Shown here: positions 1 to 10,013 of the stretch, piece after piece
How positions within the stretch are numbered: position 1 is the stretch's first letter
Layout: every line of letters begins with the position of its first letter
Origin: a virus
Taxonomy: Duplodnaviria > Caudoviricetes
Length of the DNA stretch: 33,962 bases
Reading direction: 5' to 3' (one strand)
Virus record (IMG/VR): IMGVR_UViG_3300016669_000020
Coordinates: 1 to 33,962 of that record
Made by a program: the position numbers and the translations under genes
Notes under the pieces: generated by a model
The model's database searches: none
What the model was told of the DNA's origin: nothing
What the model saw: only the letters and a program-made list of their open reading frames with translations

Positions 1-1827
1 TCACGGCACCCGCCGCTTGGCCACGCAGACCGACAGCGTCGCTGCGCCGAGATCGAACGTGGCCGGTGAGATGTTCCTGGCCATGACGCGCACGCTGTTG
101 TTGGACCACGCCGCGGCGTCGAGCTCGATGAAGCGCGTCGAGGATGCCACCGCGGCATGGGCAAGGTCCCCCTGCCGCGCGCCTGCGACGGTGACGTCGA
201 GCAGACTGGTCGCCCCCGGCGCCAGTGACGGCAGATCCCACGACACCTCCGCGGCGAACTCCCGCTGCCCGACCGGCAGGACCGGCGTGCCGCAGAGCAG
301 CGCCGGCGCCGCCTCGGGCAGCCCGTAGAGTCGCAGTGCCTCGACCTCGATCTGCCCGTCAAAGCTGACGATGCCGATCTGCGCGAAGGCCACACCGGGC
401 CCGAGCCGCACCGTCATGCGCTTGTTCAATGAGGCGTCGGCCATGGCCGCGCCGCCGGTCCAGGCCTTGGACGGGACGTTCCACAGCAGCGTGGTGATCG
501 AGGCGAGCGCGTCGCCGGCGACGTTCTCCCGCACATTCATCGCCGCATCGAAGCAGCGCACGAAGACGCGCCCGCCATCGGCGCCGCCAACGAGGGAATG
601 GACCAGGGCGAACTCCTTCGCCTGGGAGCACTCCATCACGAAGACCAACCCCCGCTGCGCGGCGAGCAGTAGACCGCGCCCGGTCGGCGTGATGTCGTCC
701 AGCCCGTTGAAGGACAGGCCGGTGAGCGTGGTGGCCGAGGTGGTGGACGTGGCGACCACCGCCAGCCCCTCGACGCCGATCTCGGTCGCGCTGTGGCGGA
801 AGGCCTTGGCACGGACAGTTGGCACGGACCCGAGCAGCCGCAGATGCCGCGACGCCGGCGCCCGGTGCCGGTTGAGCACCGTGTTCCCGCAACGGGTGGC
901 GGTCGCCGTGTAGTCGATGCCGACCTGGTAGGTGTTGCTCCACGCCACCTCGTACTCGCAGTCCTGCGCCGCGGCGGTGTGGCGCGCGACGATCGGCGAG
1001 CAGGCCTCCATGCGCAGGGCGCGGCCGATGATCGCCGAGCCGCTCGTCTCGTTGAGGAAGGGGATGGCGACGTTCGGATCGAGCTGCCGCAGCTCGAAAT
1101 TCGGCGCGTCGAACACATGCCGGTTGTGGTTGTTGTACGCGCCGTCCGCCTTGGATAGCCGGATTCCGAAGCGATCGATGGTGGGGTTGATCCCCGTCGC
1201 GATGGCGAAGTGCCCGCCATAGTAGCGGATGGAGGTGTTCCAGGCGGTGGCGGTGGCGCAGTGGATGTCGAGGCCGATGCGGTTGTTGAGGATGCGGCCG
1301 AGGTGAAAGGTGCTGTCCTCGACGCCGCGACCGTCGCCCAGCGTTCGCAGGCCGATGGTGAAGCCCGAGACCAGGCGCAGCTCGACCACCGAGGCGTCGA
1401 TGTTGCGCACCAGGATGCCGATATCGGCCTCGTCGAGCCAGTCGGACTGAGTGGCGCGCACGACCTGCAGCCCGGCATAGTGCTTCTCGCCGTTGCGGAC
1501 GGTGCCGCCGTCGCCGAGGGTCAGGACGATCGCCGGGGCGATGCCGGTGTACCGGATGACGCCATGCATGATCAGCCCGCGGGCGCCGCCGCCGAGGGTG
1601 ACACCGGCAGAGACGTTCCAGGTGCCGGGCGGGATGACCGCGAGTTTCTGGTCCGCCGCCGCGCGATCGAAGGCCGCCTGGATGGCCGCGCGATCGTCGG
1701 CGACGCCGTCACCGAGGCCGCCGAAGTCGGACGGCAGCACGGTCTCGCGGTCGCGCAGGTATTTCGCCAGGTCGGTCTTGTTGACCGCGGTGTCGAGCAC
1801 CAGCAGGTCGTCGATGCGGGCAGGCAT
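1..1827 (-). CDS. Tail spike / receptor-binding protein with pectate-lyase-3-like beta-helix N-terminus
   Basis: Start MPARIDD at 1827; motif DFGGLGDGVADDRAAIQAAFD...VIPPGTW typical of beta-helix depolymerase N-termini; last gene of the tail module; stop at 1-3. Confidence 0.8.
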   Translation of the reverse strand: MPARIDDLLVLDTAVNKTDLAKYLRDRETVLPSDFGGLGDGVADDRAAIQAAFDRAAADQKLAVIPPGTWNVSAGVTLGGGARGLIMHGVIRYTGIAPAIVLTLGDGGTVRNGEKHYAGLQVVRATQSDWLDEADIGILVRNIDASVVELRLVSGFTIGLRTLGDGRGVEDSTFHLGRILNNRIGLDIHCATATAWNTSIRYYGGHFAIATGINPTIDRFGIRLSKADGAYNNHNRHVFDAPNFELRQLDPNVAIPFLNETSGSAIIGRALRMEACSPIVARHTAAAQDCEYEVAWSNTYQVGIDYTATATRCGNTVLNRHRAPASRHLRLLGSVPTVRAKAFRHSATEIGVEGLAVVATSTTSATTLTGLSFNGLDDITPTGRGLLLAAQRGLVFVMECSQAKEFALVHSLVGGADGGRVFVRCFDAAMNVRENVAGDALASITTLLWNVPSKAWTGGAAMADASLNKRMTVRLGPGVAFAQIGIVSFDGQIEVEALRLYGLPEAAPALLCGTPVLPVGQREFAAEVSWDLPSLAPGATSLLDVTVAGARQGDLAHAAVASSTRFIELDAAAWSNNSVRVMARNISPATFDLGAATLSVCVAKRRVP

Positions 1828-1843
1828 GGTGGATGGCTCCGGT

Positions 1844-3849
1844 TCAGAGCGCGGTGGCGGAGACCGGCCCGGCCAGTTCCGAGACGTTGCCCTCGGCGGA
1901 GACGGCGCGCAGCCAGTACCAGCGCGTGTCGCCGGCGCTGAGGCCGGTGCGGTCCCAGAGCAGGCTGATAGGCTCCGCCGGCAGCTTGGCCGCGGCGGCG
2001 AGGCTGTTTGAGGCCGCCTCGAACACTTGGAGGTGGGTGGCGTTGGGCGGGAAGCCGCCGGAGAGCCGGATGCCGCCGGGAATCTCCGTCGCCGTGGGCG
2101 CCGCCACCGCGGCCGGGGCCAGCGCCTGCCGCCAGCCCGACACCGCCCCGCTGCGCGCCACGGCGCGCACCCGGAAGCCGGTCGGCTCGGCGGTGGGGAT
2201 CGCGGCGGCGATCGCACCCAGGGAGCCGCCATAGCCCTGCCAGGCCGCGACGGAGGCCGGCAGGAACTCCACCTGGTAGCCGGCGAGGTGCGAGGAGCCG
2301 ACCGCGGCCCAGGACAGGGAGAGCACGGCAAAGGCCACCGCCTGCGGCGTCTCGACTGCGATGCTGGCGGGCGCCGCTATGACGCCCGGGTTGGGCAGCA
2401 CCACGGCAGGATTGCTCCCTGTCGCACGCTCATCGACCGCGGGTTCCAGTCCCACACCGCGGCGTCCTCCTCCTCCAGGGTGAGATCCACGCCACCCTCG
2501 GCCGCCAGCGACCAGGCGGTGACCCGCGCCGGAAACGGGGTGAGGCGGTCGAGGGCGACCGTCGCCGCCTCCCAGGGCCGTAGCCGCAGCGCCGAGAGGT
2601 TGGCCGGGAAGGCCACGGTGCGCTGGCGGCGATTGCGCTCGAGCTCGACCTTCATCAGCCGCTGCACCGTGCTGACCGAGGTGGTGAGCGGGAACTCGAG
2701 GTCGCGGTAGATCATCTCGCCGCCATCCTGGGCGACGTAGTTGGAGGCCAGCAGCGGCGGGGCATCGGTCGGCTGCCAGTTGGCCGCCGGTTCGACATAG
2801 ACCGCCCGCACCCCGTTGAAGAGGTCCCGCCGCGGCCGGGCGCCCTGGATGGTGACGTCGCCGCGGAGGTCGTTGGAGGTGAGCGTCGCCGCCGGCAGCG
2901 CCGGTGCGCCGGCATGGATGAAGAACCGTCCGCCCGAGACCACCAGCGCGCCGGCCATGGCGGCAGCCAGCTTCCGGGTGATGGCGATCTTGCCCTCGGC
3001 GAGCGACAGCACGCCGTTGGCGGTGTAGCGGCGCTCGTAGACGCCGGCCCGGGTGCCGACCAGCTCGTCGCAGATGTTGGCGGCGGCCATCAGCGCCGGG
3101 ATGTCGATGTCGGACCAGGATGCGCGCCAGCCGAACGGCGCGGTGAGGTACCAGGCGAGCAGCAGGGCCGGGTTGTCGGACCAGCCTGTTGCACCGGTGC
3201 GCGGGTCGAGGATGGTGTCGGCGCCCTCGACGATGGCGGCGATGTTGGGCGGGCCGGCGGGGAAGGCCTCGGCGGTGAGCTTAAGCCGCACGGCGACATA
3301 GGCGCGGCCGCGGCCGCGATGCGCGCTGGTCCACTGGCCCCCGGTCTCGGCGATCAGGTTGGCGTTGGCGGCCTGGTTGGGATCGCCGAGATGGCGGTCG
3401 ATGCGGACCAGCCCGGCGAGCGAGCCGTCGCCCTCCAGCTTGTCGCCGAGGAACACCTCGCCAATGGCACGGACGCGGTGCGCGGCCAGCACGACCACCG
3501 AGTAGAAGTACCCGTCTGCCCGCCCCTCATCGTCGGTCGCCGAATGCAGGAAGACGATCGGCCCGGAGACCTTGCAGCGGCCGAGGACGATCTGGTGCTC
3601 GGTGACCGGCTGGCGGAAGGCCTGGGTGCGGCCGGCGCCGGGTTGGCCGGCATCGAAGCCGGCGATCGCTGCCGCCTGCGGGCTGAGGCTGGCCTGCTTT
3701 TTCTGCTTTTGCGGAAAGACCGACTGGCCGATGGCGGAGACGATGAAGGCGGCGCCGGCGCCGACCACGGCACCGATGATGCCGCCGCCGACCGCGGCAG
3801 AGGCGATACCGGCGGCGGCGACGGCGATGAGCGGCACTGCAGCCGGCAT
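1844..3849 (-). pseudogene. Central tail-tip (gpJ-like host-specificity) protein split by an apparent 1-bp frameshift near 2441
   Basis: ORF from MPAAVPL (3849) reads ...EEEDAAVWDWNP and then becomes implausible; the adjacent frame continues AVDERATGSNPAVVLPNPG into FN3-like segments (GYQVEF..FRVRAV, YWLRAVSAEGNVS) up to the stop at 1844. Confidence 0.75.
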
Positions 3850-4202
3850 CAGCCAATCCTCCAGGCGATGGTGCAGGTGGTGAGCGGGGCGCGGATCAGG
3901 CCGCGGAGCCCAACGAAGGCGGCGCGGCCGCCATCGACCACGACGCCGAGCCGCGGCGGGTCGCCCGCCAGGACGACGTCGCCCGCCCGGGCGAAGGCGG
4001 GCGGAACGCGCGCGAAGCCGGCGCTGTCCGCGGTCGCCTCCAACGAGGGCAGGCTGCGCCACCCCGGCCGGCGGCCGGTCGTCGCCATCACCGCCGCGAG
4101 CGCGAACCGCCCACAGTTCCACCGATGCGCGTCGAAGGGCCGCGTCTCGGCCGCGGCCAGCAGGGCTGCCAGCCGCGCAGGCCAATCCGGCATCCGGGCC
4201 AT
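3849..4202 (-). CDS. NlpC/P60-like (DUF6950-like) tail-tip protein
   Basis: MARMPDWPARL...RPFDAHRWNCGRFA; the WxC motif and position just before the J-like gene match lambda gpK analogues. Confidence 0.7.
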   Translation of the reverse strand: MARMPDWPARLAALLAAAETRPFDAHRWNCGRFALAAVMATTGRRPGWRSLPSLEATADSAGFARVPPAFARAGDVVLAGDPPRLGVVVDGGRAAFVGLRGLIRAPLTTCTIAWRIG

Positions 4203-4780
4203 CAGCTGGCCGGCAGCCGGATCTCCGCCTCCTGCAGGGCGGGGACGAACTCGAAGAAGCGGTCCCCCGGATACTCGGCCTGCTGGTCGGCGTCGGTGTA
4301 GCGCCGCACCTCGGCGCGCTCGAGGTCGACGAGGCGGCTCTCGCAGGTGAGCGAGATCCGCGGCTCGGCGCCGTCCACCACCTGCATGGTATCCATCAGC
4401 CCGGCCCAGAGCGGGAACGGGTCGGCGACGAAGGCGCCCTCGGCATCGAGCAGCGCGCCCCACAGCCGGGCGGGGCGGAGCCGGAAGGACTGCTCGGCGA
4501 GCGCGATGTCGACCACCTCCTGCGGCACCGGTGAGAGGGTCAGGGTGATGCGTACGGCGCGCAGCTCGGCGGTCTCCTCGATGTCGGAGACGGCGCCGAT
4601 GGTGCCCATGCCCTCGTAGGTCGTGCCGGCCCAATGCAGCGGCCCGAGGCCGGTCCAGGCACGGATGGGGCCAGAGGCGAAGTCGAGCTCGACCAGCACG
4701 ACGGGTGTGGCGACCGGCGCGGTCGCCGCGGCGGCGGCCTGGGGCGACAACCGCGGCGTGGCGGCGATGCCCTCACTCAT
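4202..4780 (-). CDS. Tail-tip / baseplate hub protein (gpL positional analogue)
   Basis: LVELDF..RAWTGLG..YEGMG...RRYTDADQQAEYPGDRFFEFV; located between the distal tail and NlpC-like genes. Confidence 0.7.
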   Translation of the reverse strand: MSEGIAATPRLSPQAAAAATAPVATPVVLVELDFASGPIRAWTGLGPLHWAGTTYEGMGTIGAVSDIEETAELRAVRITLTLSPVPQEVVDIALAEQSFRLRPARLWGALLDAEGAFVADPFPLWAGLMDTMQVVDGAEPRISLTCESRLVDLERAEVRRYTDADQQAEYPGDRFFEFVPALQEAEIRLPAS

Positions 4781-5466
4781 GGCAGTGCCTCCTCGAGGCG
4801 AATGGTGATGGCGGTGAAGCGCCCCGGCCGGGTCGGGTTAGCGCCCTCGTCATCGGAGGCGAGGCGCATGGCGACGGTCGGCGTGGTCAGCACCAGCGGC
4901 TCGGCGAGCGAGGCCGCGGCGCGCAGCGGCGGGGCGATCGGGATGGTCGCGGTGCCGGTGCCGGAGGCGACGATACCTTCCGTGGCCATGTAGAGCCGGC
5001 CGGCGAGGCCGATATGATCGCCGGCACCGACCGCCACCGCGTTCGGCCACCAGCCCTGGGTTTGCAGGGAGAGCGCGCCGCGGGCGGCGCCGGCGGCCAG
5101 CGACGGTGTGCCCGAGCCCACCACCATCCCCGTGCCATCGGTGAAGATGGTGGCGTCCGAGAAGGAATACGGCCCCGCGGGAACCTCGCCCTGGCTGCGG
5201 GGATCGCCGGTGCGGTACTCGCGGCGCCAGTCCCAGATGCGGACGGTGTTGGCGGAGCCAGCTAGGGCGGCGAGCAGGCCCTCCAGCACGCCGGCCTGGA
5301 TGCGGTTGAGGGGGTCGAAGCTAGCCTCGGCGATCCACCTTGCCCCATCGCGGCGCAGCACCTGGGTGGCGCGGCTGACGGGCGAGACAAAGCGCAGCGT
5401 GTTGTGCTGCAGGTAGAAGCTCAGCCGCGACGGTCGCAGCGCGGCGGGCCAGGCGTATTCGGTCAT
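4777..5466 (-). CDS. Distal tail protein (putative)
   Basis: Immediately after the tape measure gene; WP..LRPS...FVSP..Q..R....W...(R)LEEAL pattern; AGGAGAG RBS. Confidence 0.65.
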   Translation of the reverse strand: MTEYAWPAALRPSRLSFYLQHNTLRFVSPVSRATQVLRRDGARWIAEASFDPLNRIQAGVLEGLLAALAGSANTVRIWDWRREYRTGDPRSQGEVPAGPYSFSDATIFTDGTGMVVGSGTPSLAAGAARGALSLQTQGWWPNAVAVGAGDHIGLAGRLYMATEGIVASGTGTATIPIAPPLRAAASLAEPLVLTTPTVAMRLASDDEGANPTRPGRFTAITIRLEEALP

Positions 5467-5484
5467 GCCGCCCTCTCCTCCCCG

Positions 5485-7659
5485 CTATCCGCGCACCGTG
5501 TCGTAGGCCGCGCCGCCGCGGCGGATGGCGTCCAGCGTCATCGCCGAGGCCTGGCGGGCGATCTGCCCGGCCAGCAGCCGCAGCCGTGCCTCGACGCCGG
5601 CATCGGCGCCGCGGGCGTCGATGCTGATGCTGGTGTGGATGGTCGGGCCGCCCCCGCCGGGGGCGACACCATTCGGCAGCACCGTCCCGGCCTGGCGTGG
5701 GACGAACCATTCCGGCCCGCGCTCGCCGACGACATAGGGCTGGCCGGCGGTGACCGGGCCGCCCTCGGCACGGAACAGGCCGCCGAGCACCGAGCCGACA
5801 TCGGTGAACAGGCTGTCGAAGGAGATGCCCGACAGGCCGGCCGAGACCGCGTTACCGAGCGGCTCGGTGATAACCTTGCGCGCGAGGATACGGGTGATGT
5901 CCTGCAGCAGGCCCTCCAGCACGGAGGAGAACTTCTCGCCCTTGACGATGGCGTCCTCGAAGGCGCTGGAGAAGGTCAGGCCCAGCTCGCGGACCACGTC
6001 GGAGGTGCGCGATGCCCCCTCCTCAACGCGGCGCTCGGCGCGCTCCAGCTCCTCCATCGCCGCGACCGCCTCGCGCTGGATGGTCTCGTCCGGCACCGCC
6101 CGGCCGGCCCGTTCGGTCCGCTCCACCAGGCTGGAGAGATTGGCGAGGCGGCGCTGGTAGCGCTCATAGGCGGTCTCGTTCTGCTGGATGAGCCGCTCGC
6201 GCTCGCGCAGCAACTCGTTCAGCTCGCGCTCGGCCTCGCGCGCCTCGCGCGCGCCCTCGGTGCTGGCACGGCGGACCGCGGCGACGCGCGGCTCGAGGCG
6301 CCGCAGCGCCTCGTCGCGCTCCTGCAGCGCGAGGGTCTCGAGGCGGGTGCGCTCGGCGGCGGTGACGCCACCGGCGGCCTCGGCCTCACGCAGGCGCCGG
6401 ACGCGCTCCTCGTACTCCCGGTTGATTCGGAAGCGGTCGTCGAGGTCGCGGGTGAGCTCCTGGACGTCCTGCGTCGCGCGGCGGCGCCGAGCCTCGGCCG
6501 CGGCATTGGCGGCGGTCTCCTGCTCCGTCCGCTGGCGCTCGCCGGCGGCTTGCTCGCCGCGGGTGATTTCGGCCTGAAGGTCCGTGTATTGCCGGCGCAG
6601 CTCCTCCAGCCGAGCGGCGCGATCGACCCCGGCCTGCTGCTCGGCGGTGCCGACCAGGCCGGGGCGGATGCTGCCGCGACGGACCGGGGCGGTGAGGCTG
6701 GGCCGGCCGTCCTGCTGGCTCTCCAACCGGGCGATCTGCGCCGCCAGCGCCTCGGCCTGGCGCCGCATGCCGGCAAAGCGTTCCTCCTCGCTGAGCAGGC
6801 CGGCGCCCTGACGGACGCCGTCCACCGCGCGCGCCGCGGCCGAGAGCGCCCGGGCGAGCGCGTTGGACAGGCCGATGGCGCGGTCGAGCTGGCCGAGGAA
6901 GTTCTCGGTCGCCACGGTGAGCTGCCCGAAGGCGCGGCCGAGCGAGAGCGGCGCGCGATCGAGCTCGGCGCCGAGCCGCTCGGTGGCACGCAGCAGCGCC
7001 GGGAAGACCCGCTCGGCGGTGAGCTTCCCCTCGGAGCCGAGCTTGCGCAGTTCGCCGATCGAGACGCCGAGTTCCTTGGCCAGCCCCTCGGCGAGCAGGG
7101 GCATGGCCTCGAGGATGGAGCGCAGCTCGTCGCCCTGCAGCACGCCCGAGGCCAGCGCCTGGGCTAGCTGCAGCGTGGCCGAGGAGATCTCCTGGGTCGA
7201 AGCGCCGGAGACGATGGCGACGCGCTGCAGGCCGCCGACGAGGCGCACCACCTGGTCGGAGGTGGCACCGATCTCGCGGGCGGCGATCGAGAAGCGCTGG
7301 AAGGCGTCGACGCTCTCAGAGACCGCCACGCCGGTGGACAGCGCGTTGCGGTACAGCGCCTCGTAGACTTGGCCCGCCCGCTCGACCGAGCCGGTGGCGT
7401 TCTGCAGGCGGGAGAGGCTCTGGCTGAGCGCGTCGCCGGCCTGCACCAGCGCGCGGGCGGCCACCGCCACGCCGGCGATCTGGATGCCGCGGGTGGCGAC
7501 GTCGAGCAGTTCGAGGGAGCGGGAGGCGCGCTCGGCGCCGCCCTTGATCTGGTCGAGCGAGCGCTGGCCGGTCTCGCCGACCTCGCGTAGGCCGGCCTTG
7601 ACCCGGGCAGCATCGTCCAGCGACAGGCGGACCGAGACGCGGCGGGTGGCGTCGGCCAT
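5485..7659 (-). CDS. Tail tape measure protein (724 aa)
   Basis: Start MADATRRVSVRL; core motif QLAQALASGVLQGDELRSILE; Ala/Glu/Arg helical middle; C-terminal RAEGGPV...YVVGERGPEWFVP. Confidence 0.93.
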   Translation of the reverse strand: MADATRRVSVRLSLDDAARVKAGLREVGETGQRSLDQIKGGAERASRSLELLDVATRGIQIAGVAVAARALVQAGDALSQSLSRLQNATGSVERAGQVYEALYRNALSTGVAVSESVDAFQRFSIAAREIGATSDQVVRLVGGLQRVAIVSGASTQEISSATLQLAQALASGVLQGDELRSILEAMPLLAEGLAKELGVSIGELRKLGSEGKLTAERVFPALLRATERLGAELDRAPLSLGRAFGQLTVATENFLGQLDRAIGLSNALARALSAAARAVDGVRQGAGLLSEEERFAGMRRQAEALAAQIARLESQQDGRPSLTAPVRRGSIRPGLVGTAEQQAGVDRAARLEELRRQYTDLQAEITRGEQAAGERQRTEQETAANAAAEARRRRATQDVQELTRDLDDRFRINREYEERVRRLREAEAAGGVTAAERTRLETLALQERDEALRRLEPRVAAVRRASTEGAREAREAERELNELLRERERLIQQNETAYERYQRRLANLSSLVERTERAGRAVPDETIQREAVAAMEELERAERRVEEGASRTSDVVRELGLTFSSAFEDAIVKGEKFSSVLEGLLQDITRILARKVITEPLGNAVSAGLSGISFDSLFTDVGSVLGGLFRAEGGPVTAGQPYVVGERGPEWFVPRQAGTVLPNGVAPGGGGPTIHTSISIDARGADAGVEARLRLLAGQIARQASAMTLDAIRRGGAAYDTVRG

Positions 7660-7660
7660 G

Positions 7661-7987
7661 TCAGGTCGTCTCCCCCTCGCGTCGGGCGGCACCGCCCTCG
7701 GCCATGCCGATGCGGATGGCGAGCAGCAGTTCCGTGGCGGCCCAGCCAGCGGCGCCGAGATCGCGCGCGGCGGCGAGCGCGCCGGCGGTGTCGAGCATCA
7801 GGCCAGCCATCGTGACCTCGGCGCAGGCCGTGCCGGCGGCCCAGCAGGCGTGGCCCTCTACGCTGGTCGGGGCGTGAGCGGCGTAGGGGCAGGCATCGGC
7901 GCAATCACGGCCGAGGGCGGCGCAGCCGCGGCAGTAGTCGGGCCCGCGGCCGAAGTGCCAGGCGGCGCGGGCCCTTAGCCGTTTCCC
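7661..7987 (-). CDS. gpT-like -1 frameshift extension of the tail assembly chaperone
   Basis: The -1 frame opens at the GGGAAAC slippery site (7981-7987) and reads GKRLRARAAWHF..CRGC..CADACP.. to the stop at 7661, just before the tape measure start. Confidence 0.75.
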   Translation of the reverse strand, partial: GKRLRARAAWHFGRGPDYCRGCAALGRDCADACPYAAHAPTSVEGHACWAAGTACAEVTMAGLMLDTAGALAAARDLGAAGWAATELLLAIRIGMAEGGAARREGETT

Positions 7988-8352
7988 TCGGCGGCCACCG
8001 CGGCGACCGGGGCGGTGGCACGGTCCCAGAAGGCGGCGGCGATGTCGTCGAAATCCATCAGGCGTTCGACCGCCTCGGGCGAGAGCGGCAATGGCTTGCC
8101 GGCGGCATCGCCGATGCCCTCCCAGGCGGTGACGGCGTGCCGGGCGAGCGCCTTGACCAGGAAGGCGAAGGACAGGCCGCGCGACATGTCGGGGTCGAGG
8201 TCCGGGTCGGCGATGCGGATCGCAGCGAGGCGGCGCGCAGCGGCGGCCTGGGCCGCGGTCATGACGACGGTGGTCACCGGCCGGATCTCGACGCGGACGC
8301 CGCGCGGCAGGTCGAGCCAATAAGGCTCGGTGGGAAGGTCCAGGGTGAGCAT
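7975..8352 (-). CDS. Tail assembly chaperone (gpG-like)
   Basis: MLTLDLPTEP...AWEGIGDAAGKPLPLSPE; GGAGG RBS; lies between tail tube and tape measure; ends GAG GGA AAC GGC TAA. Confidence 0.8.
   Translation of the reverse strand: MLTLDLPTEPYWLDLPRGVRVEIRPVTTVVMTAAQAAAARRLAAIRIADPDLDPDMSRGLSFAFLVKALARHAVTAWEGIGDAAGKPLPLSPEAVERLMDFDDIAAAFWDRATAPVAAVAAEGNG
7981..7987 (-). promoter_or_regulatory. Programmed -1 ribosomal frameshift slippery heptamer G GGA AAC
   Basis: X XXY YYZ heptamer in the correct phase near the chaperone stop; compare lambda G-T GGGAAAG. Confidence 0.85.
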
Positions 8353-8428
8353 GCTAAGGTGGCCTCCGAGGGTAACACGGATCCGTGCCCAAACGTTCGA
8401 TGGGACAGCTTGGGCTGAGGAGATTGCA

Positions 8429-8701
8429 ATGACGGTCGTTCGTCTGACGGAGGAGCAGGAGGCCATCGCGCAGTCGGCGATGGCGACCGGCCGCTACAAC
8501 GGGCCGCAGGAGGTGATCGATGCGGCACTCAAGCTGCTCAAGACGCGCGAGGAGCAACGCGAGGCTTTTCTGCGCTCGCTCGACGATGCGCGCCGGGAGG
8601 GCGAGGAGCAGGGCTACGTCGAGATCGATGAGGTGGCGGCGGAGCTCGATGGCATCATCGCCGAGGCGGAGGCGAAGCTGGCCGCGCGCAGCGGCCACTG
8701 A
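8429..8701 (+). CDS. parD: ParD-like (RHH) antitoxin
   Basis: MTVVRLTEEQE...TGRYNGPQEVIDAALKLL; acidic C-terminus; GAGGAG RBS; directly upstream of a ParE-like toxin. Confidence 0.8.
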   Translation: MTVVRLTEEQEAIAQSAMATGRYNGPQEVIDAALKLLKTREEQREAFLRSLDDARREGEEQGYVEIDEVAAELDGIIAEAEAKLAARSGH

Positions 8702-8703
8702 CC

Positions 8704-9027
8704 TTGGAGAGATCGGCGCTTCGCGCGCGGCTCACGCCGCGGGCGCAACGGGAGCTCATCGAGGCGGTCCGCTGGATCGCGCAGGAACAGCCAGCCGCCG
8801 CGCGCGCCCTGCGGGATGCGGTGCTCGGCGCAGCAGAACGCATCGGCCGCCACCCGGAGAGCGGCACGGTGCGAGAAGACCTTGCTCCGCTGCCGGTGCG
8901 CTTCGTCGCCCTGCCGCGGTTCCGCTACGTCATCGTGTACGAGGCGCGGCCGCACGAGCGTCCCGTGATCCTGCGCATCGTGTATGGTGCCATGGATCTG
9001 CCGGAGGTCCTTGGTCGGCGCGGCTAA
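8704..9027 (+). CDS. parE: ParE/RelE-family toxin
   Basis: LTPRAQRELIEAVRWIAQEQPAAA...HPESG..REDL...YVIVYE...ILRIVYGAMDL. Confidence 0.85.
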   Translation: MERSALRARLTPRAQRELIEAVRWIAQEQPAAARALRDAVLGAAERIGRHPESGTVREDLAPLPVRFVALPRFRYVIVYEARPHERPVILRIVYGAMDLPEVLGRRG

Positions 9028-9035
9028 GGGGAGGC

Positions 9036-9992
9036 TCACGCATACTCCGTCCCCGCCTGCTGGTTCTTCAGCACGGCGGTCATCATGCGCGTCGCCGTCG
9101 TGTTGAACGCGGCACGGAACTCGAAGCTCGCCTCGACGCCAGCCGGCCCCTCGATCGGCGTCTTCGCCAGCGCGAGATAGACCTCGTGCAGCGTGAAGGT
9201 GAGGCTGCGGTTCGCGTCAATCGTGAAGGCAAAGGCGAATTCCGCCGCGGTGCCGTTCTGTGCCTGGCTGAGCAGCGTTGTATCGGCGAAGCGCGCGGTG
9301 ATCTGACCGGTGGCGCGCGCAATGCCGGGATCGGCGCCTTCGATCTTGCGGTCGGCGCGGATGGTGCGCACCGCCTCCACGCTGTTGCTGTAGCTGAGCC
9401 GCGCGCCGGTGACCTGCGCCAAAGCCGAGCCAGCGCGGGTGATCGATCCCTGCGCCTTGTGAAAGGCGGTGTAGGCGGCGGCGACCGGCGTGCCGCCTGA
9501 GGAGGAACCGGAGCGGCTGGAGCCCTGCGCGATCAGCTTGATCGTCGCGGTGGCTGGCCCGGTGGGCGAGAAGTCGATCTCCAGCGCGTCAGCGCGGATG
9601 CCGGTGCAGACATCGTAGCTCGGCACGTCGGGATAGCCGATCTCGATGGCCTGGGAGGGCAGCGTCGCCGCGCCGGATCCGAAGGTGTGGGTGTAGTTCG
9701 GATTGGTGCCGGTGGTGGTCGGCGCGCCGAGCAGCAGGCGCAGCCAGTGGCCAGTGTTGATCAGGTCCACCGGCACGACGACGTCGCCCTCGACCGTGAC
9801 CGTATCAAAGAACGGCGCGGCGGGATCCCGATTGCCACCGAGGCCGATGACGTCGGCATCCAGCAGCGGCTGCTCGGCGCCGAGGTTGCAGGAGAGGAAG
9901 GGCACCCGACGCCAATTGCCACCGGGCGCGGTGCCATAGGTGACCTCGGGAATCATGAGCAGGCGCGAATTCGCGCCAATGGCACGGGGCAT
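9036..9992 (-). CDS. Major tail tube protein
   Basis: MPRAIGANSRLLMIPEVTYGTAP...; 318 aa, beta-rich, C-terminal PIEGPAGVEASFEFRA; synteny. Confidence 0.85.
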   Translation of the reverse strand: MPRAIGANSRLLMIPEVTYGTAPGGNWRRVPFLSCNLGAEQPLLDADVIGLGGNRDPAAPFFDTVTVEGDVVVPVDLINTGHWLRLLLGAPTTTGTNPNYTHTFGSGAATLPSQAIEIGYPDVPSYDVCTGIRADALEIDFSPTGPATATIKLIAQGSSRSGSSSGGTPVAAAYTAFHKAQGSITRAGSALAQVTGARLSYSNSVEAVRTIRADRKIEGADPGIARATGQITARFADTTLLSQAQNGTAAEFAFAFTIDANRSLTFTLHEVYLALAKTPIEGPAGVEASFEFRAAFNTTATRMMTAVLKNQQAGTEYA

Positions 9993-10013
9993 GGGTCGTC
10001 TCCGGGAGCGGGA

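Noticed and set aside
1828-2331. N-terminal extensions in the ORF track (for example 1..2331, 2377..4185, 3849..4634, 10014..10931)
   Set aside because: They overlap upstream genes in other frames; downstream starts with RBS or stop/start overlaps fit better
1-3849. Diversity-generating retroelement or invertible tail-fibre cassette
   Set aside because: No reverse transcriptase, recombinase or template/variable repeat pair is seen within the window
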